Part shown: positions 27,348-36,433 of the stretch, piece after piece
How positions within the stretch are numbered: position 1 is the first letter of the stretch
Layout: every line of letters starts with the position of its first letter
Assembly (NCBI GenBank): GCA_963665735.1
Contig: OY762444.1
Span: forward strand, 2,187,547 to 2,251,546
Source of the DNA: Dehalococcoidia bacterium
GTDB taxonomy: Bacteria > Chloroflexota > Dehalococcoidia > Lucifugimonadales > UBA3495
Length of the DNA: 64,000 nt
Direction of reading: 5' to 3'
Program-made: the position numbers and the translations under genes
The notes under the pieces: generated by a model
The model's database searches: none
What the model was told of the DNA's origin: nothing
What the model saw: only the letters and a program-made list of their open reading frames with translations

Positions 27348-28295
27348 ATGACTCCATTGTTGACGACTTACTGCAAACAGCGTCCCCCTTGCCTGCTTTG
27401 CCATTCAGGTCGACACCATCATGTGGTGGAAAAGGCATCGGAACAATTTAGTCGAGAAGCGCAATCGGCGACGAATTCGTTCTCAGAGAGGCTCAACGAG
27501 GTGCGTGCTCGATTAACTGAAGTGATGGAACGGCTAGACGAAGTCTCAACACAGAGCGAAAGCATTCTGGCGCAAATGGAAGAAACCGCCCGGCAGCAGG
27601 TAGCTCAACTTGAAAGTCAAACCGCCTCTTTTGTCCAACAAGTGCAATTGTCAACGGAAAGGCTCGATAGAGACGTATCCAGCATTCAAGAGTCCTTTCG
27701 AAGTTCCCAATCAGAACGTGCGGAAGAGTTTAAAACGGCACAGGAAAACCGTGAACAGGATTACCATCGCCGGCTCGACCCTACCATCGTTGATATTGAG
27801 GACTTCAGGGATCAAGCCAAAAGTATGCTCGAGGAAGTTGCAGGGTCTAGCACTGCCCAACATTATGCGAACCAACGTGACAAACAGGGCAAGGACGCTG
27901 ACCGATGGAGGTGGGTAGGAGTATCCGCATTAGTCTGTTTAGTTGTAGCGACGGGCGCACTGTTCGTTGAACTGAGAATGAGCGGGGGAGACATTTCAAT
28001 CGGGGCTTTGGTTTACCGTTCTGGTTTACCATTTTCTCTTTTGCTCCTTGCGACCTATGCCCTGCGTCAGTCAGGACATCACCGACAACGTGAGGAAGAT
28101 ATTTCTCGTGTGTCTAATGAGCTGATGTTGCTATGGCCATTCATGAATCGGTTGCCGGAAGAAGACCGCAAGGAGCTACTTTTCAATATCACCCCGCTCT
28201 ATTTCAAGGGAGGTCTAACTCCCCATGATGCTGGTGACAAAGTAAGTTACGCCGACAAGATGGTTGACAAGATCACGCGTAGGAACCAGCCTTGA
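27348..28295 (+). CDS. Coiled-coil protein with two C-terminal transmembrane helices
   Basis: Long helical N-terminal part, then WRWVGVSALVCLVVATGALFV and GLPFSLLLLATYAL. The true start may be GTG at 27423/27426. The region is AT-richer. Confidence 0.55.
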   Translation: MTPLLTTYCKQRPPCLLCHSGRHHHVVEKASEQFSREAQSATNSFSERLNEVRARLTEVMERLDEVSTQSESILAQMEETARQQVAQLESQTASFVQQVQLSTERLDRDVSSIQESFRSSQSERAEEFKTAQENREQDYHRRLDPTIVDIEDFRDQAKSMLEEVAGSSTAQHYANQRDKQGKDADRWRWVGVSALVCLVVATGALFVELRMSGGDISIGALVYRSGLPFSLLLLATYALRQSGHHRQREEDISRVSNELMLLWPFMNRLPEEDRKELLFNITPLYFKGGLTPHDAGDKVSYADKMVDKITRRNQP

Positions 28296-28646
28296 TTACT
28301 TATGTGTTGATAATGATCTATTGACGATGATCGCGCCGGCCCGTGCCGAACCGCAATGAACCATGCCATATTCTGGAAGGGCTCGCATGGCCAACCCCTC
28401 AACACCAACCGTTAAAGTCGTTGCCAGGGTTAGCTTTCCGCCCTCGGCGGGTATGCTGGCTTAGTGAACGGATATCCTCCCGGTAGTACGGCGGTGTAAG
28501 CCGTGGCCTTTCATTCCCGGGACTTTCATGCAGGAACGATAACATCCGCCCACACCCTAGCCATGAGGATGCGCTGCTGCCGAACCTGGTGTAGGGGGAG
28601 TTGCGGGTGGGGGACGCCTGTGTTACTTTCGGGCAAGAGAGGGGTT

Positions 28647-29339
28647 ATGCCGACGGTACTGAATGAATCTGTGCCCGCGCCCGTTTGGGAAGGCATTTAT
28701 GAACCGGCTGAGGCGGCCCGGTATCTTAAGGCTGACCACAATGCCGATGTCATATATCCCTTGACTTCGGCCACGCTCATCCGGTGGATTCGCAACGGGT
28801 TGGCCGACCCAGAATTGGCCCGGACTCCGGGGCGAGATTTGCTCATGGCATTTGACGACCTCATTTCCATGCGGGTCATCGTCGCTCTGCGTACCGCGGG
28901 GGTGAGTTGGCCGGCAATACGGGCTACAGAGACTTGGCTACGCGAAGTTACCGGAAAACGCCATCCGCTAGCCACCGAAATCATTTGGTCTGGTCAAGGG
29001 CAGGTGTTCGCCGAGTGGGGGGAGCAACTGGTTTCCGGGAATGCGCGGGGCCAAATGGCCTTTGACCTGCTGCGGAAATACCTGATTCCGATACACGGGC
29101 TTGACTTCGACGCGGAGACCGGCCAAGCGGCTTCCTGGGAGCCTTTCCACAACGTCACCCTACAACCACGGGTACAGTTCGGGGCGCCATGCGTCAAAGG
29201 AACCCGCATACCCACCCGCGCCCTTGCCGGCATGGTGGCAGCAGGCGATTCGGTTGATTGGGTGGCAAGGGCGTATCAACTGAAGCCGGAAACTGTGCAG
29301 GCCGCTTGTGACTGGGAACTTCGCCTCTGGTCTCGATGA
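28647..29339 (+). CDS. HTH + DUF433 antitoxin-like protein (VapB45-like)
   Basis: ATG at 28647 after AGAGAGGGG. The C-terminus QFGAPCVKGTRIPTRAL..GDSV is the DUF433 signature. Confidence 0.7.
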   Translation: MPTVLNESVPAPVWEGIYEPAEAARYLKADHNADVIYPLTSATLIRWIRNGLADPELARTPGRDLLMAFDDLISMRVIVALRTAGVSWPAIRATETWLREVTGKRHPLATEIIWSGQGQVFAEWGEQLVSGNARGQMAFDLLRKYLIPIHGLDFDAETGQAASWEPFHNVTLQPRVQFGAPCVKGTRIPTRALAGMVAAGDSVDWVARAYQLKPETVQAACDWELRLWSR

Positions 29340-29736
29340 CACTCTCTTCTTGCTGGATGAGTCATTAAGTCCGCCAGTTGCCGCGGCCCTGAAACTGGTG
29401 GGCTACAACTTCACGACGGTAGAGGAAGTTTTCGAAGGCAAAGGCGCCCAAGATCCGGAGGTTATCGCTTGGTGCCAGGATAATCAGGCCGTTTGGGTTC
29501 ACGCCGACGACCAAGCCAGAAGACAGCACAGGAGACAGTTGCAAATCGGCGGCATCAGGACATTGTGGCTAAAACGGCCGGGCGGCAGGATGACCGGCAA
29601 AGAACAACTCCGTATCCTTAGCTTCGTGTTGCCCAAGTTGCTGGAACGCTGGGAAGGGCGCCGGGCCGAGCGCCATTACCGGGCCACCGCAGCCAACCCG
29701 ACGGCGACGCCCTCATTGCGCCCGGTGGATATTTGA
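29308..29736 (+). CDS. DUF5615 PIN-like toxin candidate (VapC45-like)
   Basis: LFLLDESLSP..., ..DPEVIAWCQDNQAVWVHAD... Follows and overlaps the DUF433 gene. The start is uncertain (GTG 29308 or TTG ~29350). Confidence 0.6.
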   Translation: MTGNFASGLDDTLFLLDESLSPPVAAALKLVGYNFTTVEEVFEGKGAQDPEVIAWCQDNQAVWVHADDQARRQHRRQLQIGGIRTLWLKRPGGRMTGKEQLRILSFVLPKLLERWEGRRAERHYRATAANPTATPSLRPVDI

Positions 29737-29820
29737 CCATTGGGGCACTCTGTGCCTACCTAGGGCAATCGCAATTTGACGCTAAGGTTTTCACTCCCAC
29801 CCTAACCCTCCCCCTTGATG

Positions 29821-30944
29821 ACGCGTGATGCAAATTAACAACTGAGAAAGGATAGGAAAGCGTCCGGGTGGTGTAAGCTGGCCTAATCCCGTCCAAAGGA
29901 GGCCGGCCATGACCATGAACCTGGACACTTTCCTGGCAGCATTGTACACCATCGTGGACGACCGCTATCGGCAGCACATCGCCCAACTCAAGCCCCGTCG
30001 CCCCGGGCCCAGGCCGGAGATGTCCGACAGCGAGGTTCTGACCCTGGCCCTCTGCGCCCAGTGGTGCGGAACGTCGGAGCGGGCCTTCCTCCGCTTTGCT
30101 GCCCGGTACTGGCGGAGCTACTTCCCCCGGCTGCTCAGCCAGAGCGCCTTCAACCGCCGCTGCCGAGACCTGGCCGGTGCGCTGGCCCGCCTGTCGGGAG
30201 TAGCGGCCCAGGAGATGGACGCCTACGCCGCCCCCTACCAGGCTTTGGACACCGTGCCGGTGCGGCTGATGCGGCTCTGCCGGGGACGACGGCATCGGCT
30301 TTTCGGCTGGGAAGCGGGGGTGGGCTGGGGCGGCAGCGACCGCAGTTGGTACTACGGCTGCAAGCTGCTGCTGGCGACAACCCCAGAGGGGGTCATCACC
30401 GGCTTCCTGCTGGCCCCAGCCAACACCGAAGACCGGTGGCTGGCCGAAGCCTTCTTCTGCTGGCGGCAAGACCCCCAGGGGTGGCCCCGGGAGGTGGAGG
30501 ACCTGCCCCGGCGCCCCAACGGACGGGAGTACGTCGGCCCCACTGGGCCGGTGGGGCCCCGGTGGGGAGTGGGCGAGGTCAGCGGCGGCCCCTACCTGTC
30601 CGACAACGGCTTCTTCGGGGCCGATTGGCAGGGGTATTGGCGTCTCAACTACGGGGCCACGGCGCTGACCCCCAAAAATTACGCCGGAGCCACGGCGCCA
30701 GCGCTGCGACGGCAGCATCATCGCCGACGGCAGATGGTGGAGACCATCAACGGGTGGTTGGAAGGAACTTTCCACCTGGACTATCCCCAAGCTCGCACCC
30801 GGTGGGGGCTGCTGACCCGGGTGGCGGCCAAGGTGTGCGCCCTGAACCTGGCCCTCCGGCTGAACCGGATCTTTGGCCGCCCCGGATTGGCCTTCGCTAC
30901 CCTCTTCGGCTGATAAACGCTGAGATTTATTTCGCATCACGCGT
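29821..30944 (+). mobile_element. IS982-family-like insertion sequence
   Basis: Terminal inverted repeats ACGCGTGATGCAAAT.. (29821) and ..ATTTCGCATCACGCGT (to 30944). A single DDE transposase ORF. Flanked by TTGATG/TTGACG. Confidence 0.75.
29909..30913 (+). CDS. IS982-family DDE transposase
   Basis: 334 aa with ..MSDSEVLTLALCAQW.., ..FPRLLSQSAFNRR.., ..YGCKLLL.., ..ETINGWLE... Confidence 0.75.
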   Translation: MTMNLDTFLAALYTIVDDRYRQHIAQLKPRRPGPRPEMSDSEVLTLALCAQWCGTSERAFLRFAARYWRSYFPRLLSQSAFNRRCRDLAGALARLSGVAAQEMDAYAAPYQALDTVPVRLMRLCRGRRHRLFGWEAGVGWGGSDRSWYYGCKLLLATTPEGVITGFLLAPANTEDRWLAEAFFCWRQDPQGWPREVEDLPRRPNGREYVGPTGPVGPRWGVGEVSGGPYLSDNGFFGADWQGYWRLNYGATALTPKNYAGATAPALRRQHHRRRQMVETINGWLEGTFHLDYPQARTRWGLLTRVAAKVCALNLALRLNRIFGRPGLAFATLFG

Positions 30945-31098
30945 TTGACGGGGGAAGGGATTATTGATTCGCCCCCTACGCAGTTTTTGCCGACTTTGTG
31001 ATCGTCCTGCTCACCAGACGCGGGGGCAATGCGGTGGGGGTTGGGGCGTTATATAATCGGCTCAATCCTTCACGGGGTTAGCTCCGGTTTTTTGTTGG

Positions 31099-31136
31099 CG
31101 GGAGGGTTTTGTGCCGCCTTTGGATGATGTTCGCGT
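31099..31136. repeat. Left copy of a 38-39-bp direct repeat (a duplicate of the RBS and first 8 codons of the 31632 gene)
   Basis: CGGGAGGGTTTTGTGCCGCCTTTGGATGATGTTCGCGT here versus CGGGAGGGATTTTATGCAGCCTTTGGATGATGTTCGCGT at 31619..31657. Confidence 0.85.
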
Positions 31137-31171
31137 ATAATGGTCTTCATGGTCATCAAGGAGTGTGAAAC

Positions 31172-31555
31172 ATGGCCACTATCGCTACCGACCACACCCA
31201 CCCACCCCAATGGCAATGGAGTACGGCCAATGTGTTGGCCGCCGTCGGCATTGGCATTGTGGGGATTGGCATTGTCATCGCCCTGACTGTCGGCGGAATA
31301 AGTACCAGCCGGATTGACGCCGTGAATTCCAGGATTGACTCGGTGAAGGACGGCCAGTCCAACATCCACGACCAAATCTTCACCGTGCAGGGCCAAATCT
31401 CCGGCATCCAGGAAGACATTGGCGTCCTCAAGGCTGACAGCCTGCTGGTCAAAACCGAAATCGCCGGTCTGAAAAGGGACATGGCCGATATGCAAAGAAA
31501 TATGGCCGACATTCAGGAAACGCTGGCCCGCATTGAGGCGGCGCAACCAAAATAG
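31172..31555 (+). CDS. Membrane-anchored coiled-coil protein (N-terminal TM)
   Basis: 127 aa. TM segment VLAAVGIGIVGIGIVIALTVGGI, then heptad-like repeats. AAGGAG RBS. Confidence 0.6.
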   Translation: MATIATDHTHPPQWQWSTANVLAAVGIGIVGIGIVIALTVGGISTSRIDAVNSRIDSVKDGQSNIHDQIFTVQGQISGIQEDIGVLKADSLLVKTEIAGLKRDMADMQRNMADIQETLARIEAAQPK

Positions 31556-31631
31556 CAGGGCCGGCGTTCATGGACTATTGACCACTACTCGCTAGCCAAT
31601 GCGCGTTGAGCGCCCGCCCGGGAGGGATTTT

Positions 31632-32858
31632 ATGCAGCCTTTGGATGATGTTCGCGTTCTGGCGGTGACGGTTTTCCTGGCCGGCCCTTACCTGGGCATG
31701 AACCTGGCCCGCATGGGGGCCGAGGTGGTCAAGGTTGAGCTGCCGGGCAAGGGCGATCCGGTCAGGGGCAACGGGCCTTTTTGGGGGCCGAAGGGTGCCA
31801 ATCCGTCGCCCCAAACGGAGAAGGATATTTCCACCCGGTTTATGAAACGGCAGCAGGGGGTCAAGAGCGTTACCCTGAATCTGCGCGACCCCAGGGGCAA
31901 GGAAATGTTCCTGGATTTGGCCCGCCAGTCGGACATCGTGCTGGAAAACCTGGCCCCCGGTTCCATGCGGCGGCTGGGGCTGGGCTACGACGACGTGGCC
32001 CAGGTCAATCCGAAGATTATCTACTGCTCCATCGCGGGGTACGGGCAGACCGGCCCCTACGCCTCCAAGCCGGCCCATGACCCGCAGATTCAGGGGATGA
32101 GCGGCCTGATGGACATTAACGGGGCCGCCGATGGGCCGCCCACCAAGGTGGGGTTCTACATCGGCGACCTGGTTACGCCGCTGTTCGCCGCCTACTCGAT
32201 TATGAACGCCCTGCGTCACCGGGACCGCCACGGCCAGGGGCAGTACCTGGACGTTTCCATGATGGATACGCTGGCGGCGTTGATGTTCATGGAAAACCTG
32301 GAGGAGGACGTAGAGGCGGGGACGCCGCTGCGTACCGGCAACATCAGCCGGGGCGGCCCCACCGGGCTGTACCATACCCAGGACGCCGACATTATCCTGA
32401 CGGCGGCCAGCGACGACCAATGGCGGCGGCTGTGCGGCGCGCTGGAAGCGCCGGAGTTGCAGAATGACCCCCGGTTCGACAGTTATACGGGCCGGGCGCA
32501 GAACGTGGCCCAGGCGCGGGAGGAAGTGCAAAAGCGGGTGTCGGGGTACACCGGGGAGGAGATGCTGCAGCGGCTGGAAGAGGCGGACGTTCCCTGCGGG
32601 CCGGTGCGGACGACGCCGGAGATTATGGCGGATGAGCATTTCTACCGGCGGGGCACGCTGCTGCCCATGCGTCACGGGGCGATGAAGGACGCAGCGCCTG
32701 GGATTGCGTCGGGGTGGCCGGTGGTGTTTTCCGACGGGCCGCTGCCGCAGATGGCCGGGGCGCCAACCCTGGGGATGCACAACGAAGAGATTTACGGGAA
32801 ACTGCTGAACCTGGACGCGGAGACGCTGGAGGGGCTGCGGCAGGACGGGGTGGTTTAA
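31632..32858 (+). CDS. Family III CoA-transferase (CaiB/BaiF type)
   Basis: MQPLDDVRVLAVTVFLAGPYLGMNLARMGAEVVKVE is the typical N-terminus. GGGAGGG RBS. 408 aa. Confidence 0.88.
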   Translation: MQPLDDVRVLAVTVFLAGPYLGMNLARMGAEVVKVELPGKGDPVRGNGPFWGPKGANPSPQTEKDISTRFMKRQQGVKSVTLNLRDPRGKEMFLDLARQSDIVLENLAPGSMRRLGLGYDDVAQVNPKIIYCSIAGYGQTGPYASKPAHDPQIQGMSGLMDINGAADGPPTKVGFYIGDLVTPLFAAYSIMNALRHRDRHGQGQYLDVSMMDTLAALMFMENLEEDVEAGTPLRTGNISRGGPTGLYHTQDADIILTAASDDQWRRLCGALEAPELQNDPRFDSYTGRAQNVAQAREEVQKRVSGYTGEEMLQRLEEADVPCGPVRTTPEIMADEHFYRRGTLLPMRHGAMKDAAPGIASGWPVVFSDGPLPQMAGAPTLGMHNEEIYGKLLNLDAETLEGLRQDGVV

Positions 32859-33006
32859 GGATTCTTGGAGGGTGTGCTGAAAGTCCCTTCTTCGCACGTC
32901 TCCCAACAGGGGACCACCCCCACCCTAACCCTCCCCCTCGTAGGGGGAGGGGATTCATCGAATAACGGGATGATTGCGGGTTGAGTAGCGGAAAGGACGG
33001 CGGTTG

Positions 33007-33645
33007 ATGGCGGGCGTTGGCGTGGAATGGTGGGCGGAAGGCGATTTGTTCGAGGGGTGCAACTGCGCCGTGGTCTGTCCCTGCCACCTGGATTTTCGGC
33101 AGAAAAGCACCAACGACACTTGCGAAAACGCCTGGGGTATCCACATAGAGCGGGGGGCGTTTGGCCCGGTGACGCTGGACGGCCTGAACGCTATGACGCT
33201 GGTGTCCTGCCCCGGCCCGACGATGTTTGACGGCGATTGGACAGCGTTGGTTTACCTGGATGACGGGGCGACTCCGGAGCAGTCCGACGCACTGCAACTG
33301 ATTTTGACCGGCCATGCCGGCGGGCCTTGGGGCCGCATCGCCCGTTTCTTTTCCGGCGGGGAGGTTCACAGCGTCCAACGGGCGGCTTTCCGGTTCGAGA
33401 AGTCGGAAAGGCGGCAGAGTTTGGAAGTGGCGTTGGGGGTTAGTGCGGTGGCGTCGCTGGAGGTGGAGGCCATCCGCGGCGCAGACCCGGAAGGCGTGGT
33501 TACGATAAACAACCTGTTCAATCTGCTGCACGGACCGGAGCACGTTGTCGCCAGCTCTACGGTCAGGTTGGATGACTTGGGGCTGCGGTGGGACAACAGC
33601 GGGACGCACGGGTTATACAGCCGGTTCCGGTGGCGCAACGGATAA
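33007..33645 (+). CDS. DUF1326 family protein
   Basis: WWAEGDLFEGCNCAVVCPC near the N-terminus and a length of ~212 aa match my recollection of DUF1326. Confidence 0.6.
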   Translation: MAGVGVEWWAEGDLFEGCNCAVVCPCHLDFRQKSTNDTCENAWGIHIERGAFGPVTLDGLNAMTLVSCPGPTMFDGDWTALVYLDDGATPEQSDALQLILTGHAGGPWGRIARFFSGGEVHSVQRAAFRFEKSERRQSLEVALGVSAVASLEVEAIRGADPEGVVTINNLFNLLHGPEHVVASSTVRLDDLGLRWDNSGTHGLYSRFRWRNG

Positions 33646-33784
33646 GGGGTTCATCCCCATTCCTTCGGCATACTTCAGGACAGGGTTAGCTAAGGCAGGA
33701 ATTTTAGATTCTTCGCTTTGCTCAGAATGACATGGAAGGGCGAGGGTCGGAATAATGGCGGATTTTTCTTGTTGGGAGGTTGGT

Positions 33785-34702
33785 ATGAGGTTTAGAGCCA
33801 AGCCGCTGCGGTCGGTGATGTTCGTTCCGGGGAATCGCGAGGATATGATGCGGAAGGCCCCGCAGTATGGCGCCGACGCCCTGATTCTTGACCTGGAGGA
33901 CTCGGTGCCGGAGGCGGAAAAGGCCGAGGCCCGCGGGTTGGTCAAGAAGATGGTCGAGGAACTGGGAGCGTCGGGGCAGACCTTGTTTGTCCGGGTCAAC
34001 CGGCTGGAAACGGGTCTGACCGGGTTCGACATTGAAGCCGTCACCGGCCCGCACCTGTACGGGATCCTGCTGCCCAAGGTGGAAAGGCCGGAGGACGTGG
34101 TGGAAGTGGACATTCTGCTGAAGTTTTTCGAGAGCAAGGCGGGGATGGAAACCGGGAGCGTCTGCATTGACCCTTCCCTGGAAACGGCCCAGGGAATCCG
34201 GCAAGCGTATGAAATCGCGATGGCGTCGCCGCGAGTGGCCCACATGGGCGGCAGTGGGGGCAAGGGCGGCGACACGGCCCGATCGGTGGGTTTCCAGTGG
34301 ACTCCGGAGGGACTGGAAACGCTGTTCATCAAATCCAAGGTGCTGGTGGACTCCCGTTCCGCCGGAATCCAGTTTCCCATCAGCGGCGGCTGGTTCGATA
34401 TCCGCGACCTGGACGGGCTGCGGAACCTGGCCAACCAGTTGAAACAGTTGGGCTACACCGGCATGAACCTGATTCACCCGTCCCACGTTCCCGTCGTCAA
34501 CGAAGTTTTCACCCCCTCCGCCGAGCAAATCGCCCACTGGCAAGGATTGTTGGCGGCGATGCAGGAACAGCGGGCGGCGGGCAGCGCGGTAGTGACGTAC
34601 AACGGGGACATGGTGGACATTGCCCACGAACAGACGGCGCGGGCCATGCTGGAAATGGTCAGGGAATGGGGCTTGATTGACGCGGAGGCTGCGGGGGATT
34701 AG
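33785..34702 (+). CDS. HpcH/HpaI aldolase / citrate lyase beta (CitE)-like acyl-CoA lyase
   Basis: LRSVMFVPGNREDMMRKAPQYGADALILDLEDSV is the CitE-family N-terminus. GGGAGG RBS. Confidence 0.85.
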   Translation: MRFRAKPLRSVMFVPGNREDMMRKAPQYGADALILDLEDSVPEAEKAEARGLVKKMVEELGASGQTLFVRVNRLETGLTGFDIEAVTGPHLYGILLPKVERPEDVVEVDILLKFFESKAGMETGSVCIDPSLETAQGIRQAYEIAMASPRVAHMGGSGGKGGDTARSVGFQWTPEGLETLFIKSKVLVDSRSAGIQFPISGGWFDIRDLDGLRNLANQLKQLGYTGMNLIHPSHVPVVNEVFTPSAEQIAHWQGLLAAMQEQRAAGSAVVTYNGDMVDIAHEQTARAMLEMVREWGLIDAEAAGD

Positions 34703-34705
34703 GCA

Positions 34706-35506
34706 ATGACCGATTACTCCAGCTACCGGCATTTGACGGTGGAAGTATCCGACGCGGTGGCCTTGCTGACCATGAACCGCCCGGAGTCGCTGAACGCCAC
34801 CAACGCCCAACTGCACTACGAGTTGAGCCGCATTTGGGTTGACCTGGGAGAAGACCCGGCGGTGCGGGTAGCGGTCATTACCGGTGCGGGCAGCGCCTTT
34901 TCCGCCGGGGGAGACTTTGACCTTATCGAGGAATCCCTGGGCAACGCTGAGTTAATCGCCCGGACGATTAAAGAGGCGGGGGACATTGTTTACAACCTGC
35001 TGAACCTGGACAAGCCGGTGATTTCGGCCATTAACGGCGTGGCGGTGGGGGCTGGCCTGGCGGTGGCGCTGCTGGCGGACATTTCCATCGCGGCGGAGAA
35101 CGCCCGCATTACCGACGGCCACGTGCGGCTGGGAGTGGCGGCCGGCGACCATGCCGCTATCATCTGGCCGCTGCTTTGCGGGATGGCCAAGGCCAAGTAT
35201 TACCTGCTGACCTGCGATTTTCTGGACGGGAAGGAAGCCGAGCGAATCGGGCTGGTCAGCCTGGCGGTGCCGCCGGAGGAGTTGATGCCCCGATCTATGG
35301 CGGTGGCGCGACAGTTGGCCGACGGGCCGCAGCCGGCCATCCGGTTCACCAAGCGGGCGTTGAACCAATGGCTGCGGCAGGCGGGGCATACGTCTTTTGA
35401 CTACTCGCTATTGGCCGAGGCGTTGGGCTTCTTCGGGGAGGACGCGCGGGAAGGCTTGCAAGCCCTGCGGGAGCGAAGGCCGCCGAGATTCCCGTCGGCG
35501 GGGTGA
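34706..35506 (+). CDS. Enoyl-CoA hydratase/isomerase (crotonase) family protein
   Basis: 266 aa with ..LNRPESLNA.., ..[13 protein letters not shown].., ..[14 protein letters not shown]... Confidence 0.88.
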   Translation: MTDYSSYRHLTVEVSDAVALLTMNRPESLNATNAQLHYELSRIWVDLGEDPAVRVAVITGAGSAFSAGGDFDLIEESLGNAELIARTIKEAGDIVYNLLNLDKPVISAINGVAVGAGLAVALLADISIAAENARITDGHVRLGVAAGDHAAIIWPLLCGMAKAKYYLLTCDFLDGKEAERIGLVSLAVPPEELMPRSMAVARQLADGPQPAIRFTKRALNQWLRQAGHTSFDYSLLAEALGFFGEDAREGLQALRERRPPRFPSAG

Positions 35507-35591
35507 CTTGGGATTGGAAACGAGCTCCTACCAACCCGCCCGCCCGCTGCTTATAATCGCCAGGTTCGGATAGTTAAAGGGAGGAAAGGCA

Positions 35592-36401
35592 ATGTCCAAT
35601 ATAGTCTATGTGCTGACCAACCCGGCGATGCCGGGAATCGTGAAAATCGGCATGACCGACCGGGATGACGTTCAAGACAGGATGAACCAACTTTACTCCA
35701 CGGGCGTTCCTCTTCCCTTTGAGTGTGTTGTTGCCCGTCGGATTGAGGACAGAAGGGCGCTGGAAATCGAAAGTGCATTGCACACGGCCTTTGGGCCGAA
35801 CCGGGTAAACCCTTCCCGCGAGTTCTTCGAGATTGACCCGGAGCAAGTTGAGGTTCTGTTGCGGGTGATGCCCGGTGAAGACGTTACCCCGTCCACAAGC
35901 GAGCAGGAAGCCGGACTCGATGTTGAGGATAGGGATGCATCCTCCAACTACAAGAGAAAGAAGGTCCGCACCAACGAAACGGATTTCATGGAGTCTTTGA
36001 ACGAACACGGAATCCCGGTCTATGAGCGGGTGCTGGCCCTCGGCAGGCAGGAGAATATGATGGTCAGGTGGGGCGAGAGAGGGTTTTCTCTGCGCTTAGT
36101 GTCCGACAGAAGGACGATTCCCATTGGTCAAGGCTATCCGCCGGCTGCATACAACCAATCCTTTTATACCGACTTCAAATCGGTAGCCCGGAACTCAAAT
36201 GTCCCTCCGGACATCGTAGAAGCCCTTAAAGAAGAAGCGCGGAATACCAACCTGTTTGTCACGGTGGGCAGGAATGATGAGCTGGTCTATCGCACCGACC
36301 GCCACCGGGAAGAGTCGGAGATTAGCGACCTGACCGGGTGGTTGTCCAAGGTAATCGCCACCATCCGCAAGTACGAAGGGGCTGGCAACGACGCAGATTG
36401 A
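35592..36401 (+). CDS. GIY-YIG-like T5orf172/MUG113 domain protein with an uncharacterised C-terminal domain
   Basis: N-terminus IVYVLTNPAMPGIVKIGMTDRDDVQDRMNQLYSTGVPLPFE...EFFEI. The segment is AT-richer. Confidence 0.65.
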   Translation: MSNIVYVLTNPAMPGIVKIGMTDRDDVQDRMNQLYSTGVPLPFECVVARRIEDRRALEIESALHTAFGPNRVNPSREFFEIDPEQVEVLLRVMPGEDVTPSTSEQEAGLDVEDRDASSNYKRKKVRTNETDFMESLNEHGIPVYERVLALGRQENMMVRWGERGFSLRLVSDRRTIPIGQGYPPAAYNQSFYTDFKSVARNSNVPPDIVEALKEEARNTNLFVTVGRNDELVYRTDRHREESEISDLTGWLSKVIATIRKYEGAGNDAD

Positions 36402-36433
36402 CGCCGGGGGTCACGCCGTCAATATCCAGAAGG

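Larger units (their letters stand above)
26165..27451 (+). pseudogene. Hypothetical gene split by the IS5-family element
   Basis: The frame from ATG 26165 is open to the IS end at 26375-26378. Removing the IS and one CTAG restores the frame, which then runs to TAG 27449-27451. Confidence 0.55.
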
